A DNA stretch of 32,000 nucleotides. Source: Acholeplasma laidlawii PG-8A (GTDB taxonomy: Bacteria; Bacillota_I; Bacilli_A; Acholeplasmatales; Acholeplasmataceae). The translations under genes and the position numbers were made by a program. Each line of letters begins with the position of its first letter. Position 1 is the stretch's first letter. Below the pieces are notes generated by a model. The model saw only the letters and a list, made by a program, of their open reading frames with translations. It ran no database searches and was not told where the DNA came from. Positions 16,498 through 26,359 of this stretch are shown piece after piece. The stretch lies in assembly GCF_000018785.1 (NCBI RefSeq), contig NC_010163.1, positions 1,080,001-1,112,000 on the forward strand, read 5' to 3'.

Positions 16498-17667
16498 TTA
16501 CTTTTTAGCAACGACACCAAATGCATTGGTTACACCCACATGGATGGCACCATAAATAATGTTTTCATCACCTAGGGTCGTAAACTTAATACTAATGTCT
16601 TTAATCTTTGGATCAAGTCCTTCTAAGACCCAATCGAGATATTGTTGACCTAGTGCTTTAATTCGGCCCCCAACAAAGAATTGTCTGTAGTTAAATATAT
16701 AACTTAAGTTAGAGATTAACTCTCCTAACTTATGTGCAGTATATTTAACAACCTCTAATACTAATGCATCCTTTTCATAGAATGCTTTTACTACATCCCT
16801 ATATCTAAACTTTTCACCAATCATTGTTGATTTCCCCATAAATTGTTGATAAGTTATTTGTTTTTTTATAGAGTTAATCGAACATATAAGGTCATACACT
16901 AAGTTATTACCAAATTGATCATATGTAGAGATAAGTCCAAACTCTGCTGCATATCCATGATCACCTTCAATAATCTTATTTTCATTAAGAATCGCACCAC
17001 CCATACCAGAGTCCACATATATAAGTATTCCATTTTCAGTGATACGCTCTATTTTTCCATAATGCTGCTCACCAATAATTGCTAAGTTAATGTCATTTTT
17101 TAAAATGACATTAAGATGAAGTTTTTCTTCAAAGAATGCTCTAACTGAGACATCTTTAATTAAATTAAACTTCACTGAATTTTCAATTTCATCAGTAAAC
17201 TTATTAATCTGACCAGGTGCAGATACGATAATTGAGATGATACTTAGAAAATCCTTTTCAAATTGTTTTTTCTTATTTAAGATAATTGTGCATATTTCAT
17301 TTAAATCATCTAAGTTTAAAAATTCTCTGTCTTCTATAATCGTTTCATCAAAGATTTCTCCATTTAAATAAGAAAAGACAATTTTAATATAAGTAGATCC
17401 AAATTCAACAACACCTAAAATACCTGCTTCTTGTTTGATTGCATAAAGGGTGCGCTTATATTTTTCATTTTCATTATCGCTGTCTGCTAGATTTTCTACC
17501 AGATTCATACCTTCCATTTCAGAAAGTATCTTGAACACAGCTGTTTTAGATAATTTAAGGGCTTTTGCAATATGTGTTGCAGATAATTTTTTTGTGTATA
17601 AGAGTCTTAAGATAGACTCGATATTATTTTCCCTAATACCAGTATTTTTTACACCTTGTGCTGTCAT
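16498..17667 (-). CDS. ROK-family transcriptional regulator (N-terminal wHTH plus sugar-kinase-like domain)
   Basis: HTH segment LSATHIAKALKLSKTAVFKILSEM. ROK-like core (VSAPGQI, VDSGMGGAIL, GYAAEFG). I did not see the usual ROK Cys/His zinc motif. AAAGGAGA RBS. Confidence 0.7.
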   Translation of the reverse strand: MTAQGVKNTGIRENNIESILRLLYTKKLSATHIAKALKLSKTAVFKILSEMEGMNLVENLADSDNENEKYKRTLYAIKQEAGILGVVEFGSTYIKIVFSYLNGEIFDETIIEDREFLNLDDLNEICTIILNKKKQFEKDFLSIISIIVSAPGQINKFTDEIENSVKFNLIKDVSVRAFFEEKLHLNVILKNDINLAIIGEQHYGKIERITENGILIYVDSGMGGAILNENKIIEGDHGYAAEFGLISTYDQFGNNLVYDLICSINSIKKQITYQQFMGKSTMIGEKFRYRDVVKAFYEKDALVLEVVKYTAHKLGELISNLSYIFNYRQFFVGGRIKALGQQYLDWVLEGLDPKIKDISIKFTTLGDENIIYGAIHVGVTNAFGVVAKK

Positions 17668-17763
17668 TTTTTAAATCTCCTTTATTCCTAATTTATTAAC
17701 ATACTGATTAGGCAAACCACTTGCATAAGTGATTTGCCCAACCAATATTCATTTATATATCTG

Positions 17764-20583
17764 TTATGCTTGTTTTAATACAGGGGTGCTACCATCAATG
17801 ATTGTCCATACATCACTACTAAAGTTTACATAAGTTGCTGCTGCAACAAAGCTTTCAGCACTAATGATATACGTACCATCATCTGCTACACCACCAAATG
17901 ATACTAAGTTTGGAGTACCTACTGTGTCAACATTTGCAAACACATTTTCTAAAGTACCAAAGTTAGTAACTACTAGACCAACCGCTGTTGGGCCATTATC
18001 AGATACTGCTTTACCTAATACGATAATATTTTTAAGTAGTCCGTGGTTATGTTCTACAATTGCACCACCGTTTGCACCCCAAACATAAACTTCAATGTCT
18101 ACAACAACATCTTGAATTGTTCCTGAGTTATTTGCAGCGAGTGCACCAGACCATGCGTTTGCTTCAAGAAAGCCTTCAAAGTGTGTGTTTTTAACAACAC
18201 CAGTTTCTCCGATATAACCAAAGAAACCTTTATTCCATCCACCACCTGGCATATTGATACCTGAGATTTTATAACCTTGACCATCAAATACACCTGTAAA
18301 TGGAATACCTACGATTGCTTCATCTTCATTAGGTGCAATACCAACTGCAGTCCAGTCCGTTGTTAAGACAATATCATTTTTAAGTTTATATGTTTTTGAT
18401 AAAGCTTCTGGGTCAGTTTGACCAGCCAGTAGACTTAATAATTCTGCTTCTGTTTCAATATAAACTACTACTTCAGGTAATACGGTATCCTCATTAATTA
18501 ATTGAGGTACTTGACCATCTACAATTAACCAAGTTGCACTATCAAAGTTTACATAAGTTGCTGCTGCAACAAAACTTTCAGCACTAATAATGTGTGTACC
18601 ATCATCTGCTACGCCACCATTAGATACTAAGTTTGGTGTACCTACTGTATCAACATTTGCATATACATCTTCTAGTGTACCGAAGTTAGTAACAACTAGT
18701 CCAACTGCTGTAGGACCACTATCTGATACAGCTTTACCTAATACGATAATATTTTTAAGTAAACCATGGTTATGTTCTACAATCGCACCACCATTATTAC
18801 CCCAGACATATACTTCAATGTCTACAACAACATCCATAATAGTACCTGAATTATTTGCAGCGAGTGCACCTGACCATGCGTTTGCTTCAATATTACCTTC
18901 AAAGTGTGTATTTTTAACAACACCAGTTGTTCCAATGTAACCAAAGAAACCTTTATTCCATCCACCACCTGGCATACTAATACCTGAGATTTTATAGCCT
19001 TGACCATCAAATACACCTGTAAATGGAACGCCTACAACACCTTCATCTTCATTTGGTGCAATACCAATTGCTGTCCAATTAGAAGTTAAGACAATATCAT
19101 TTAATAATACAAATGTTTTACTTAAATTGTCTGGGTTTGTTTGTCCAGCAAGTAAGTTTAATAATTGTGTTTCTGTTTCAATATATACTGTATCATCTAC
19201 AATTTCAGGATTATATACACCTGTAAATGTTTTTTCAGCACTAATTTCAGTACCATCAATTGTCACTACTACTGTAAATTGGAAGTTTGCAGAAATTAAA
19301 GCTGTATCAAATGTTACTAAACCTGATTCGCTTACTGATACGCCTGCCACTGCTTCTTTAAGTGCATAAATAATAACTTCACTACCTTCTGGGTTAATGA
19401 CTTCTGCATTTATTTGTAGTTCACTTGATACTTCAACATCATGATTTAACTCAGTATTTTTAATTGTAATACCTAATTCAGGAACGATCACTGGTGGAAC
19501 GAATCCTTCATGTTTTAATAATGGATATGTTCCATTTTCAATATACCAAACATCTGCATCAAATGAAGCCCAAGTTGAAGATGTTTTCATATCTACTGTA
19601 GGTAACATATACATTGGGTTTGTTGATGGACTAAATGCTGTATAGTTAGGTGTTTCAAGTGCTTGGTAGTCACCATACACTTCAATCATTGATCCATCAT
19701 TAGCAACCACTAAACCAGCAGAACGACCTGATGTATTAGGGTTTGTTTCACTAACAACTTTACCAATACCGTAAGCATATTGGATTAAACCTCTATTAAC
19801 AGATACTAGCGAACCTGCGGATGTACCTGTTACAGTAACTCTTACATTAGATACAACATTTTCTATTAAACCTTCGTTAATACCTGCGATACCACCGGAC
19901 CATCCAGTTGCATTTACTATACCTTCAAATGTTGTATTCTTAACAATTGCAGTTGCACCAATTTGAGCAAAGAATCCTGCATTAAATAATGGTTCTTCAC
20001 TTTCAACTAATATGCCACTAATTGTAAAACCATTTCCATTAAAGATACCATTAAATGGCGTACCTGGAATGATTTGTCCAGAATCAGTTTCAACTTCAGC
20101 AATACCAATTGGTGTCCATGGAGCTGTTAGTTCAATATCATTCATTAATACATAAGATAATGATAAACCACCTTCATTTGTATGAATTGCACGTAGTTCT
20201 TCTTCTGTTCTAATTTCAACAACTTCAACACCAACATTTACAACTGTAAACTCTAGTGTTGCACGAATTGTTGGATCATATACAGATGTTGCTACGACTG
20301 TAAATTTCATACCATCTTCAACAGCATTACCAACATTTAACTTATTACCAGTAATGGATACACCGGATACAATACCTTGGATACTAAATCTAATTTGTTG
20401 ATTAGATCCTTCAGGTAATGCTTTTGCAACTAGTGTATGTTCACCTGGTGCTACAGTCGTTGAAGTCATATTAAATTCGATAGATTCAACATCTGGCACT
20501 GTAGTTGGTGGTTCTTCACTTGGGGTACAAGCGACTAACACAAGTGATAACACCAATAACATCATTGTAATTATCTTTTTCAT
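17764..20583 (-). CDS. Large surface lipoprotein with Big_2 Ig-like domains and three GLUG-motif-containing modules
   Basis: Lipobox LVLVACT. N-terminal Big_2-like segments. Three modules of about 240 aa containing GW(S/N)GG/NxG repeats (ATGWSGGIAGINEGLI, ANAWSGALAANNSGTI). The last two modules are near-identical. Confidence 0.7.
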   Translation of the reverse strand: MKKIITMMLLVLSLVLVACTPSEEPPTTVPDVESIEFNMTSTTVAPGEHTLVAKALPEGSNQQIRFSIQGIVSGVSITGNKLNVGNAVEDGMKFTVVATSVYDPTIRATLEFTVVNVGVEVVEIRTEEELRAIHTNEGGLSLSYVLMNDIELTAPWTPIGIAEVETDSGQIIPGTPFNGIFNGNGFTISGILVESEEPLFNAGFFAQIGATAIVKNTTFEGIVNATGWSGGIAGINEGLIENVVSNVRVTVTGTSAGSLVSVNRGLIQYAYGIGKVVSETNPNTSGRSAGLVVANDGSMIEVYGDYQALETPNYTAFSPSTNPMYMLPTVDMKTSSTWASFDADVWYIENGTYPLLKHEGFVPPVIVPELGITIKNTELNHDVEVSSELQINAEVINPEGSEVIIYALKEAVAGVSVSESGLVTFDTALISANFQFTVVVTIDGTEISAEKTFTGVYNPEIVDDTVYIETETQLLNLLAGQTNPDNLSKTFVLLNDIVLTSNWTAIGIAPNEDEGVVGVPFTGVFDGQGYKISGISMPGGGWNKGFFGYIGTTGVVKNTHFEGNIEANAWSGALAANNSGTIMDVVVDIEVYVWGNNGGAIVEHNHGLLKNIIVLGKAVSDSGPTAVGLVVTNFGTLEDVYANVDTVGTPNLVSNGGVADDGTHIISAESFVAAATYVNFDSATWLIVDGQVPQLINEDTVLPEVVVYIETEAELLSLLAGQTDPEALSKTYKLKNDIVLTTDWTAVGIAPNEDEAIVGIPFTGVFDGQGYKISGINMPGGGWNKGFFGYIGETGVVKNTHFEGFLEANAWSGALAANNSGTIQDVVVDIEVYVWGANGGAIVEHNHGLLKNIIVLGKAVSDNGPTAVGLVVTNFGTLENVFANVDTVGTPNLVSFGGVADDGTYIISAESFVAAATYVNFSSDVWTIIDGSTPVLKQA
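17767..18492 (-). repeat. 726-bp in-frame tandem repeat, copy 2 (C-terminal module of the lipoprotein)
   Basis: The antisense ORFs at 17864 and 18590 are offset by exactly 726 nt and are near-identical. The encoded modules VYIETE...FVAAATYVNF are repeated. Confidence 0.85.
18493..19218 (-). repeat. 726-bp in-frame tandem repeat, copy 1
   Basis: See 17767-18492. By eye most positions are identical, with scattered substitutions. Confidence 0.85.
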
Positions 20584-20636
20584 TTATTTACCCTCTTTTT
20601 TTCTGTACTTATTGAGTACAATTTAATTTTAATTTA

Positions 20637-21506
20637 TTAACCTTTTAATCCGCCGGCTACCATGTTTTCCATGATAGTGTTTCTAAATGCTATAAAAATT
20701 GCTAAGATTGGTACAATCGAGATAATCATAGTTGCAAACATTTCTGCGTATGCACCAGTTGAAACCATTGTTTGTGTTAAGTATCTAATACCTACTGCAA
20801 GTGTTGGATAGTTCTTTAGGTATATGGATGGTGTAATATAATCATTCCAAATACCAATACCATAAATAATAGCAAGAGATATCATAATCGGCTTGGCCAT
20901 TGGTAACATAATTCTTAAAAACACTTGAAAATCAGAAGCACCATCTACAAATGCAGCTTCTGCATATGTAGGGCTTATGTTTTTAAAATACCCATGCATA
21001 ATAAAGAATGTAAACCCAAATGAACCAGAATATAATATTAAAATCCCGAAAATAGAATTATATAAACCTAAGTTTTGCATCAATCTAAACTGTGCAGGCA
21101 GTGTACCTACAATCGGCATAATAAGCGTAAAGAGCGCTACACTATATAACAAATTACGTCCTTTAAATTTATAACGAGCAATGACATATGCTGCCATCGT
21201 AGATAATAACGTGTTAATTACAGTAGCTGCAAGTGTGATACCTACACTTAATAAAAACATATGCGTAATATTAAATGTACCTGCAGAAGTTTGCATGTTA
21301 TAACCTAAGACACTCGTATAATTTCTAAAACTAAAACTTTGTGGTAATGCCCAAACATTAGTAAAGAATTCTTGATTGGTTTTAAATGAGTTTACAAACA
21401 TCCAAGCAAATGGGAATATTAATGTAAATGCGTATACTGAAAATATTATAAATATGACCCAAAGTATTATTTTTGCTGGTGTTGAATAAAAGCGATGTGA
21501 TTTCAT
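20637..21506 (-). CDS. Carbohydrate ABC transporter permease (MalG-type)
   Basis: 289 aa, 6 TM segments. EAA loop AEAAFVDGASDFQVFLRIMLPMAKP. 1-nt TAATG overlap with the upstream permease gene. Confidence 0.85.
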   Translation of the reverse strand: MKSHRFYSTPAKIILWVIFIIFSVYAFTLIFPFAWMFVNSFKTNQEFFTNVWALPQSFSFRNYTSVLGYNMQTSAGTFNITHMFLLSVGITLAATVINTLLSTMAAYVIARYKFKGRNLLYSVALFTLIMPIVGTLPAQFRLMQNLGLYNSIFGILILYSGSFGFTFFIMHGYFKNISPTYAEAAFVDGASDFQVFLRIMLPMAKPIMISLAIIYGIGIWNDYITPSIYLKNYPTLAVGIRYLTQTMVSTGAYAEMFATMIISIVPILAIFIAFRNTIMENMVAGGLKG

Positions 21507-22450
21507 TAGTATTCAACCTCCGTAAAGAATCTATTTAATGTCTTTCTAGTAAGTAATATTATCGGTAACCCAAATAAGGATAATACAATACCAAATGTCG
21601 CCATATATGCAATGTTTTGATTTTGAAGAACTGAGTTATATATTGCTAAGGCAATCGTATTTGTATCACCACTTGTTGGTGTTAAGAATAACGGTTGTAA
21701 GAGTGCAGTAAATACTGATGTCATACCTAGAATAAAGGTTGTTACAATGGTTGGCCAGATAAGCGGTATTACAACTGTTGTAAACTCTTTAAAAAATCCA
21801 ATACCTTCTAATTGACCGTATTCCATTAATTCTTCTGGAATACGTGCAATCGCACCAGTCATTAGGATAATATTAAATCCTAAACCTACCCATACGCCAT
21901 ATACAAAGATCATAATTTGATTAGTAGGATAACTACCAAACCAAGATGGTACTACAACATTTGAATCAAACATACCAAAGAACCATTTATATATATCATT
22001 AACAGGTCCAAGGTTTGAATCAAATGTAAATGAGAATGCCATCGTCATTACTACAATAGGTAGAATGGAAGGTAGGAAGTATACAACTCTGAAGAACCCT
22101 GAAAATGGTAACTTCTTAAATAAGAAGTAAGAAAATGCCATCGATAAAGGTAATATAATTAAACTATTAACTGGCATATAGAAAAGCGAGTTTATAATAG
22201 TTCTTCTTGTCCATGGATCATTGATTACGCGGTCAAAAAACATAATGTAGTTATCAAATCCACTATAGATATACTTACCCTCAGTCCAAGAGAATTTTTG
22301 GAATGTCAAAACAATAGTATCGATGTTAACATACCCAAAGAACAGTAGAAACTGTAATACAGGGTATGCTAACATAAGCGTAATAAAAATGCGTTGTTTA
22401 GTCTTTTTCTTAAATATTCTCTTTTTCTTTATTTCGATACTTTTTTCCAC
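21506..22450 (-). CDS. Carbohydrate ABC transporter permease (MalF-type)
   Basis: 314 aa polytopic protein. EAA-like loop EELMEYGQLEGIGFFKEFTTVVIPLIWP. GTG start at 22448-22450. Confidence 0.8.
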   Translation of the reverse strand: MEKSIEIKKKRIFKKKTKQRIFITLMLAYPVLQFLLFFGYVNIDTIVLTFQKFSWTEGKYIYSGFDNYIMFFDRVINDPWTRRTIINSLFYMPVNSLIILPLSMAFSYFLFKKLPFSGFFRVVYFLPSILPIVVMTMAFSFTFDSNLGPVNDIYKWFFGMFDSNVVVPSWFGSYPTNQIMIFVYGVWVGLGFNIILMTGAIARIPEELMEYGQLEGIGFFKEFTTVVIPLIWPTIVTTFILGMTSVFTALLQPLFLTPTSGDTNTIALAIYNSVLQNQNIAYMATFGIVLSLFGLPIILLTRKTLNRFFTEVEY

Positions 22451-22455
22451 TTAGT

Positions 22456-23904
22456 TTATCCTGCTATTTCTGATTGCCATTTTGACCAGTTGGCTTTAAT
22501 GTGATCATAACTTTCTATAAAGATGTTACGAACATTATATTCATTACCTGCCGCTAACCAACCTTCTGGGTTTGTTAGATAATCACGGTTATTATAATGA
22601 TTAAATAATGTTGCATAATATTGTAGATTTTGTGGTGGCCATTCTAGTCCCACTTTACCTTCTAGTATCATGAGTGAATTACTATAAAGGTTGAATTTTT
22701 GACTGTTTTGGTTAATTTCAATAATTGATTTAGAAAACTCTGATAGGTTTGAACTATCTAATTCTACCGTGTCATAGTTCATAGCAAGTAATACACCATT
22801 AGTTTTTTCTGTGAATGTTGCAATACTTTCATCTTTTGCTAGGAAGAGTAAGAACTTCTTAGCAAGCTCTTTATTTGGGGCTTTCTTAGGGATAATAATT
22901 GAGTCACCAGCACCAACAGTGTAGTTTACTCTAATTGGGTTGCCTTCATTATCTGTTTTAGCACCTGCTACAAATGGTGCTGGCATCATACGCATTTCCA
23001 TAATATCCGGATTGATATTAGAAATCATTTCTGATTCTAACCATTGTGCATTAGGAATCATTGCTGCATAGCCATTTAAGAAGTCCATTTGAGCTGCCAT
23101 ATATTGTTTACCAACAGAATCCTCAACAGAATACAATGGATTTTTAGCAACCAGGTTCGTCCAAGCTTCTAAAGCCTTGTAGTGACCTTGATTGGTTTCA
23201 GGGTTAAAGATTTCACTAGATTCTGCTTTTTTATAATCATTAAAGAATTCTGTACCATTGATTTGAGCCCACCAGTCAAATACTAAGTAATCCCAGTAGT
23301 AAGTTTCTTGACTCCATACAAATGGTTTAATAGTAGCTGCATTAGGTTTTAAATCTGTTGGATCTACTTTGATTTTTGCATTATAGATAGTTTCTGATAA
23401 TGCCACTAATTCATCATAAGTTTCTGGAACTTCCCAACCGTTTTCTCTAAACATTTTAGCGTTATATACAATACCACCTACACCGTTTGTCCAAGGTAAT
23501 TTATAGTACTTACCACCAAACTTAGCTGTTTGAAGTAAACTTTGGTCTACTTTATCTTTTAATAAGACACCATCTTCTACTTCTTGTTCCATTAGATCAT
23601 CTAGTGGTTCAATATGTCCTTGAACCGCTAAAAACTCCCAGTTAATACCGTGGGAAAAGAAAATGTCATCGTTTGAACCGTTTTGTAATCTGTTAGGAAT
23701 ATCAGATGCTAAATCTGGATTTGCCTCTACTGTTACAGTTACACCTGGGTTCTCTGCTTCAAATTGTCTAGCTAGTGTATTGATCCATACTTGACCATAA
23801 CCACCTAAATAGACAGAAATCTTCAAACTATTTGGATCACTTGTTGTACATGACGCTAATATAAGTGCGCTTAATGCAATCAGTGACAGAAATATCTTTT
23901 TCAT
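22456..23904 (-). CDS. Extracellular sugar-binding lipoprotein of the ABC transporter
   Basis: 482 aa. Lipobox LILASCTT. Size and composition are typical of family-1 solute-binding proteins. GAGAGGTAAG RBS. Confidence 0.8.
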   Translation of the reverse strand: MKKIFLSLIALSALILASCTTSDPNSLKISVYLGGYGQVWINTLARQFEAENPGVTVTVEANPDLASDIPNRLQNGSNDDIFFSHGINWEFLAVQGHIEPLDDLMEQEVEDGVLLKDKVDQSLLQTAKFGGKYYKLPWTNGVGGIVYNAKMFRENGWEVPETYDELVALSETIYNAKIKVDPTDLKPNAATIKPFVWSQETYYWDYLVFDWWAQINGTEFFNDYKKAESSEIFNPETNQGHYKALEAWTNLVAKNPLYSVEDSVGKQYMAAQMDFLNGYAAMIPNAQWLESEMISNINPDIMEMRMMPAPFVAGAKTDNEGNPIRVNYTVGAGDSIIIPKKAPNKELAKKFLLFLAKDESIATFTEKTNGVLLAMNYDTVELDSSNLSEFSKSIIEINQNSQKFNLYSNSLMILEGKVGLEWPPQNLQYYATLFNHYNNRDYLTNPEGWLAAGNEYNVRNIFIESYDHIKANWSKWQSEIAG

Positions 23905-23946
23905 ATTACTTACCTCTCATAAGTCAATTTAGTTTACTTTAACATT

Positions 23947-23975
23947 AGTATATCACATGATGAAATCGTTTACAA
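23947..23975 (-). promoter_or_regulatory. Sigma-70-type promoter of the ABC transporter / laminarin operon
   Basis: On the minus strand: TTGTAA (23970-23975), 17-nt spacer, TGaTATACT (-10 at 23947-52 with an extended TG). Confidence 0.55.
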
Positions 23976-24061
23976 GTAAATTTAATTAAAAAAATAGTTA
24001 TTTTAGGTTACTTATTCATTTTGATGTGATTATGGTGTAAAACCGTTACCATAAATTAAAA

Positions 24062-24086
24062 AGACAACCCTTGTCTCGGGTTGTCT
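24062..24086 (-). terminator. Rho-independent terminator of the UvrD-like gene; the stem is related to the hairpins at 1191-1212 and 9804-9825
   Basis: Stem agacaaccc (24062-24070) / gggttgtct (24078-24086). On the minus strand it is followed by ttttaattt. Confidence 0.65.
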
Positions 24087-24152
24087 TCTCTTCTTATCTT
24101 ATTTATTTAATTGTTACGTGTCACATAGTTTAAAACTTATTTTGTATTATAC

Positions 24153-26294
24153 TTAAGCTATTTTAGCATCTATTAAACTTAAGTGTTTATCATTTAGATT
24201 TAGTGCATGATAAAGTTTTATCACAGCAACATAATACCTGATTTTATCTCTGTTTGTTAAACCTTGGTAGATTTCAATGTTTTTCTTGGCTTGATCTTTT
24301 TCGTTTTTAGATACAGACTTTTCATAGTCATGTTTATGGTGTGTTGCAGATAAATATCTATAGATATCATGAACACTCTTAAACTCAGAGATGGTAAAGG
24401 ATTTATCTAATAACTTTTGGTTTATGAGATAATCATAGTCCCTATCCATATTAAACCCACCTGCAGAACCACCTGATAAATAACCTGCAATCCGGTTTCT
24501 TTTTTCATTAAATGCCACATCTAATGTCACCTTTAATGTATGTTGGATAAAGTATCTAAATGCTTGCATATAGATATCTATATTAGGGTTTGTCTCTTTA
24601 CCATTTAATATTTTATCAAAGTTAATGATAAGCTCTATGAGATAAGTAAGCTCATTATATAGTTTAGGGTATGCCTTATACTTAATTTTTACTTCTTCAA
24701 AGATATGATGTTGTTCCATTCTTAAATAAGTATTTGTAGGTATATAAATAATATCTTTATAGATGGACTTTTTAACACTAATTTTAATCCAGTTTTCTTT
24801 TATTTTCTTGAGTTCTTCTAATACTTCATGGTTACTATTTTTTAGATCATAAAGATAGACTAAATCTCTTGCAGTAAATAAGAGGTTATATACAATCTTT
24901 CTTGATTGTTCTAATTGATTAGTTAATAGACTTGTTAGATCTTTAATGAAGACATATTTAAAATCTAGACCCTTAGTTTCTTCTAGTGTGAGCACATTCA
25001 CACTAGAAGGCTCTACTTGGTAAACCTTCATATAACTTTTAGTTTGTAGGAATATAATAAAGTTTTTAATTGAAATATCTTTGGATATCTTCTGATAAAG
25101 ACTAATTAGTCTCATATAAGATGCCTTAGTTTGTTTATCTAAACCTAATTCATCCATCGTACGTAGCATGAAGGTTAAAAAGTTTGTTTTATCGATTAAA
25201 GGATCTTCTGCATAGTTAGATAGTCCATCCACTAATCTATCACAATCTATCATTTCTTCTTTATCTATATAATTTAATAAACCCTCTTTTTCTAGTCTTT
25301 TAATCATTGATGGTTTATCTTCATTTGATACAATCACTGCAATATCAAAAAGTTCTGTTTCAATCTCATCTTCATTTAGTTGTTTGATGGTACTTATCAT
25401 TTCTTTATAGATTTCTTCTTCACTTGAAAGTATATTTAGATTTGGTTTAAAGTGATCTTGTCTCATATATTTGATTTCTGGAATTAAGCGAGACGTATTC
25501 TTTTCAATCATACTAGCAAACCTTAATATAGATAGATTTGTCTTGTAGTTATCAACTAATACTTTTCTTTCAAAGTTCTTATCTAAATACACATCATATA
25601 AATAAGTAGACTTAATATCTATATCTTCCATTAATTGATCATCATTACCCAAAACATAAATGTTTTGGGTATTGTCAAATAACTTAAAGACAAACGCCTT
25701 ATTACCACCATAGATATCTTGTGCATTATCAATAAAGATATGGCTATACATATTATGATACTTATTTTGAAGTTCCTTATCTTCAGAAAAGAGTTTGAAT
25801 GCATAACTTACAAAATCTTCATTTAAAGAAACTTTATGTGTCTTTAAATAACTTTCATAGATATCATCTATTTTATTCTTATAATTCATAAAAATACTTG
25901 GTTTAATCTGATATGCTTCATACTGTTTCTTAGTAATCATAACCTCTTTAGTGATATCATCTTTAATCTTATCTAGTACTTCTTTGCTTAAAAACTTTTT
26001 ATTATAACCTTCATAGTCTAAAATAACCTTTAAAGCAAACATTTCCAGTGTAAAAATGGATATGTTTGAAATATCTAAAAGTTCATCTAATTTATTCATG
26101 ATATTATACATATCATTTACTGTTGTTGTAAGTATAAGTATATGTTTAGGATTTAATTTAATTTGTTTCACTAAGTAGTCTATACGTTCTACTAAAACGT
26201 GTGTCTTACCAGTACCAGCACTTCCAATTAATAAAAAATATGGTGCATCTGTTTTAATTGCGTACCTTTGATCTTCTGTGTAGTTATAATTCAT
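24153..26294 (-). CDS. UvrD/Rep-like SF1 helicase-family protein with a degenerate motif II and a C-terminal extension of about 230 aa of unknown function
   Basis: Motif I GSAGTGKTH. Motif II reads IFIDNAQD instead of DExQD. Motif VI-like region is LTLEETKGLDFKYVFI. The C-terminal region has no recognised family and contains RYLSATHH. Confidence 0.65.
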   Translation of the reverse strand: MNYNYTEDQRYAIKTDAPYFLLIGSAGTGKTHVLVERIDYLVKQIKLNPKHILILTTTVNDMYNIMNKLDELLDISNISIFTLEMFALKVILDYEGYNKKFLSKEVLDKIKDDITKEVMITKKQYEAYQIKPSIFMNYKNKIDDIYESYLKTHKVSLNEDFVSYAFKLFSEDKELQNKYHNMYSHIFIDNAQDIYGGNKAFVFKLFDNTQNIYVLGNDDQLMEDIDIKSTYLYDVYLDKNFERKVLVDNYKTNLSILRFASMIEKNTSRLIPEIKYMRQDHFKPNLNILSSEEEIYKEMISTIKQLNEDEIETELFDIAVIVSNEDKPSMIKRLEKEGLLNYIDKEEMIDCDRLVDGLSNYAEDPLIDKTNFLTFMLRTMDELGLDKQTKASYMRLISLYQKISKDISIKNFIIFLQTKSYMKVYQVEPSSVNVLTLEETKGLDFKYVFIKDLTSLLTNQLEQSRKIVYNLLFTARDLVYLYDLKNSNHEVLEELKKIKENWIKISVKKSIYKDIIYIPTNTYLRMEQHHIFEEVKIKYKAYPKLYNELTYLIELIINFDKILNGKETNPNIDIYMQAFRYFIQHTLKVTLDVAFNEKRNRIAGYLSGGSAGGFNMDRDYDYLINQKLLDKSFTISEFKSVHDIYRYLSATHHKHDYEKSVSKNEKDQAKKNIEIYQGLTNRDKIRYYVAVIKLYHALNLNDKHLSLIDAKIA

Positions 26295-26332
26295 AGAAAT
26301 TCCCCTAACTTCTATTGTTGTGTCATAGTAGT

Positions 26333-26359
26333 ATTATATCATGTTCCATATGGCATCAA
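26333..26359 (-). promoter_or_regulatory. Candidate promoter of the UvrD-like gene
   Basis: On the minus strand: TTGATG (26354-26359), 15-nt spacer, TGaTATAAT (extended -10, TATAAT at 26333-26338). Confidence 0.45.

Noticed and set aside
17767-19218. Whether the long tandem repeats could be a CRISPR array, an IS element or a satellite
   Set aside because: The repeat unit is 726 bp, there are no spacers, and it is fully in frame within one lipoprotein ORF. It is a protein-domain duplication.
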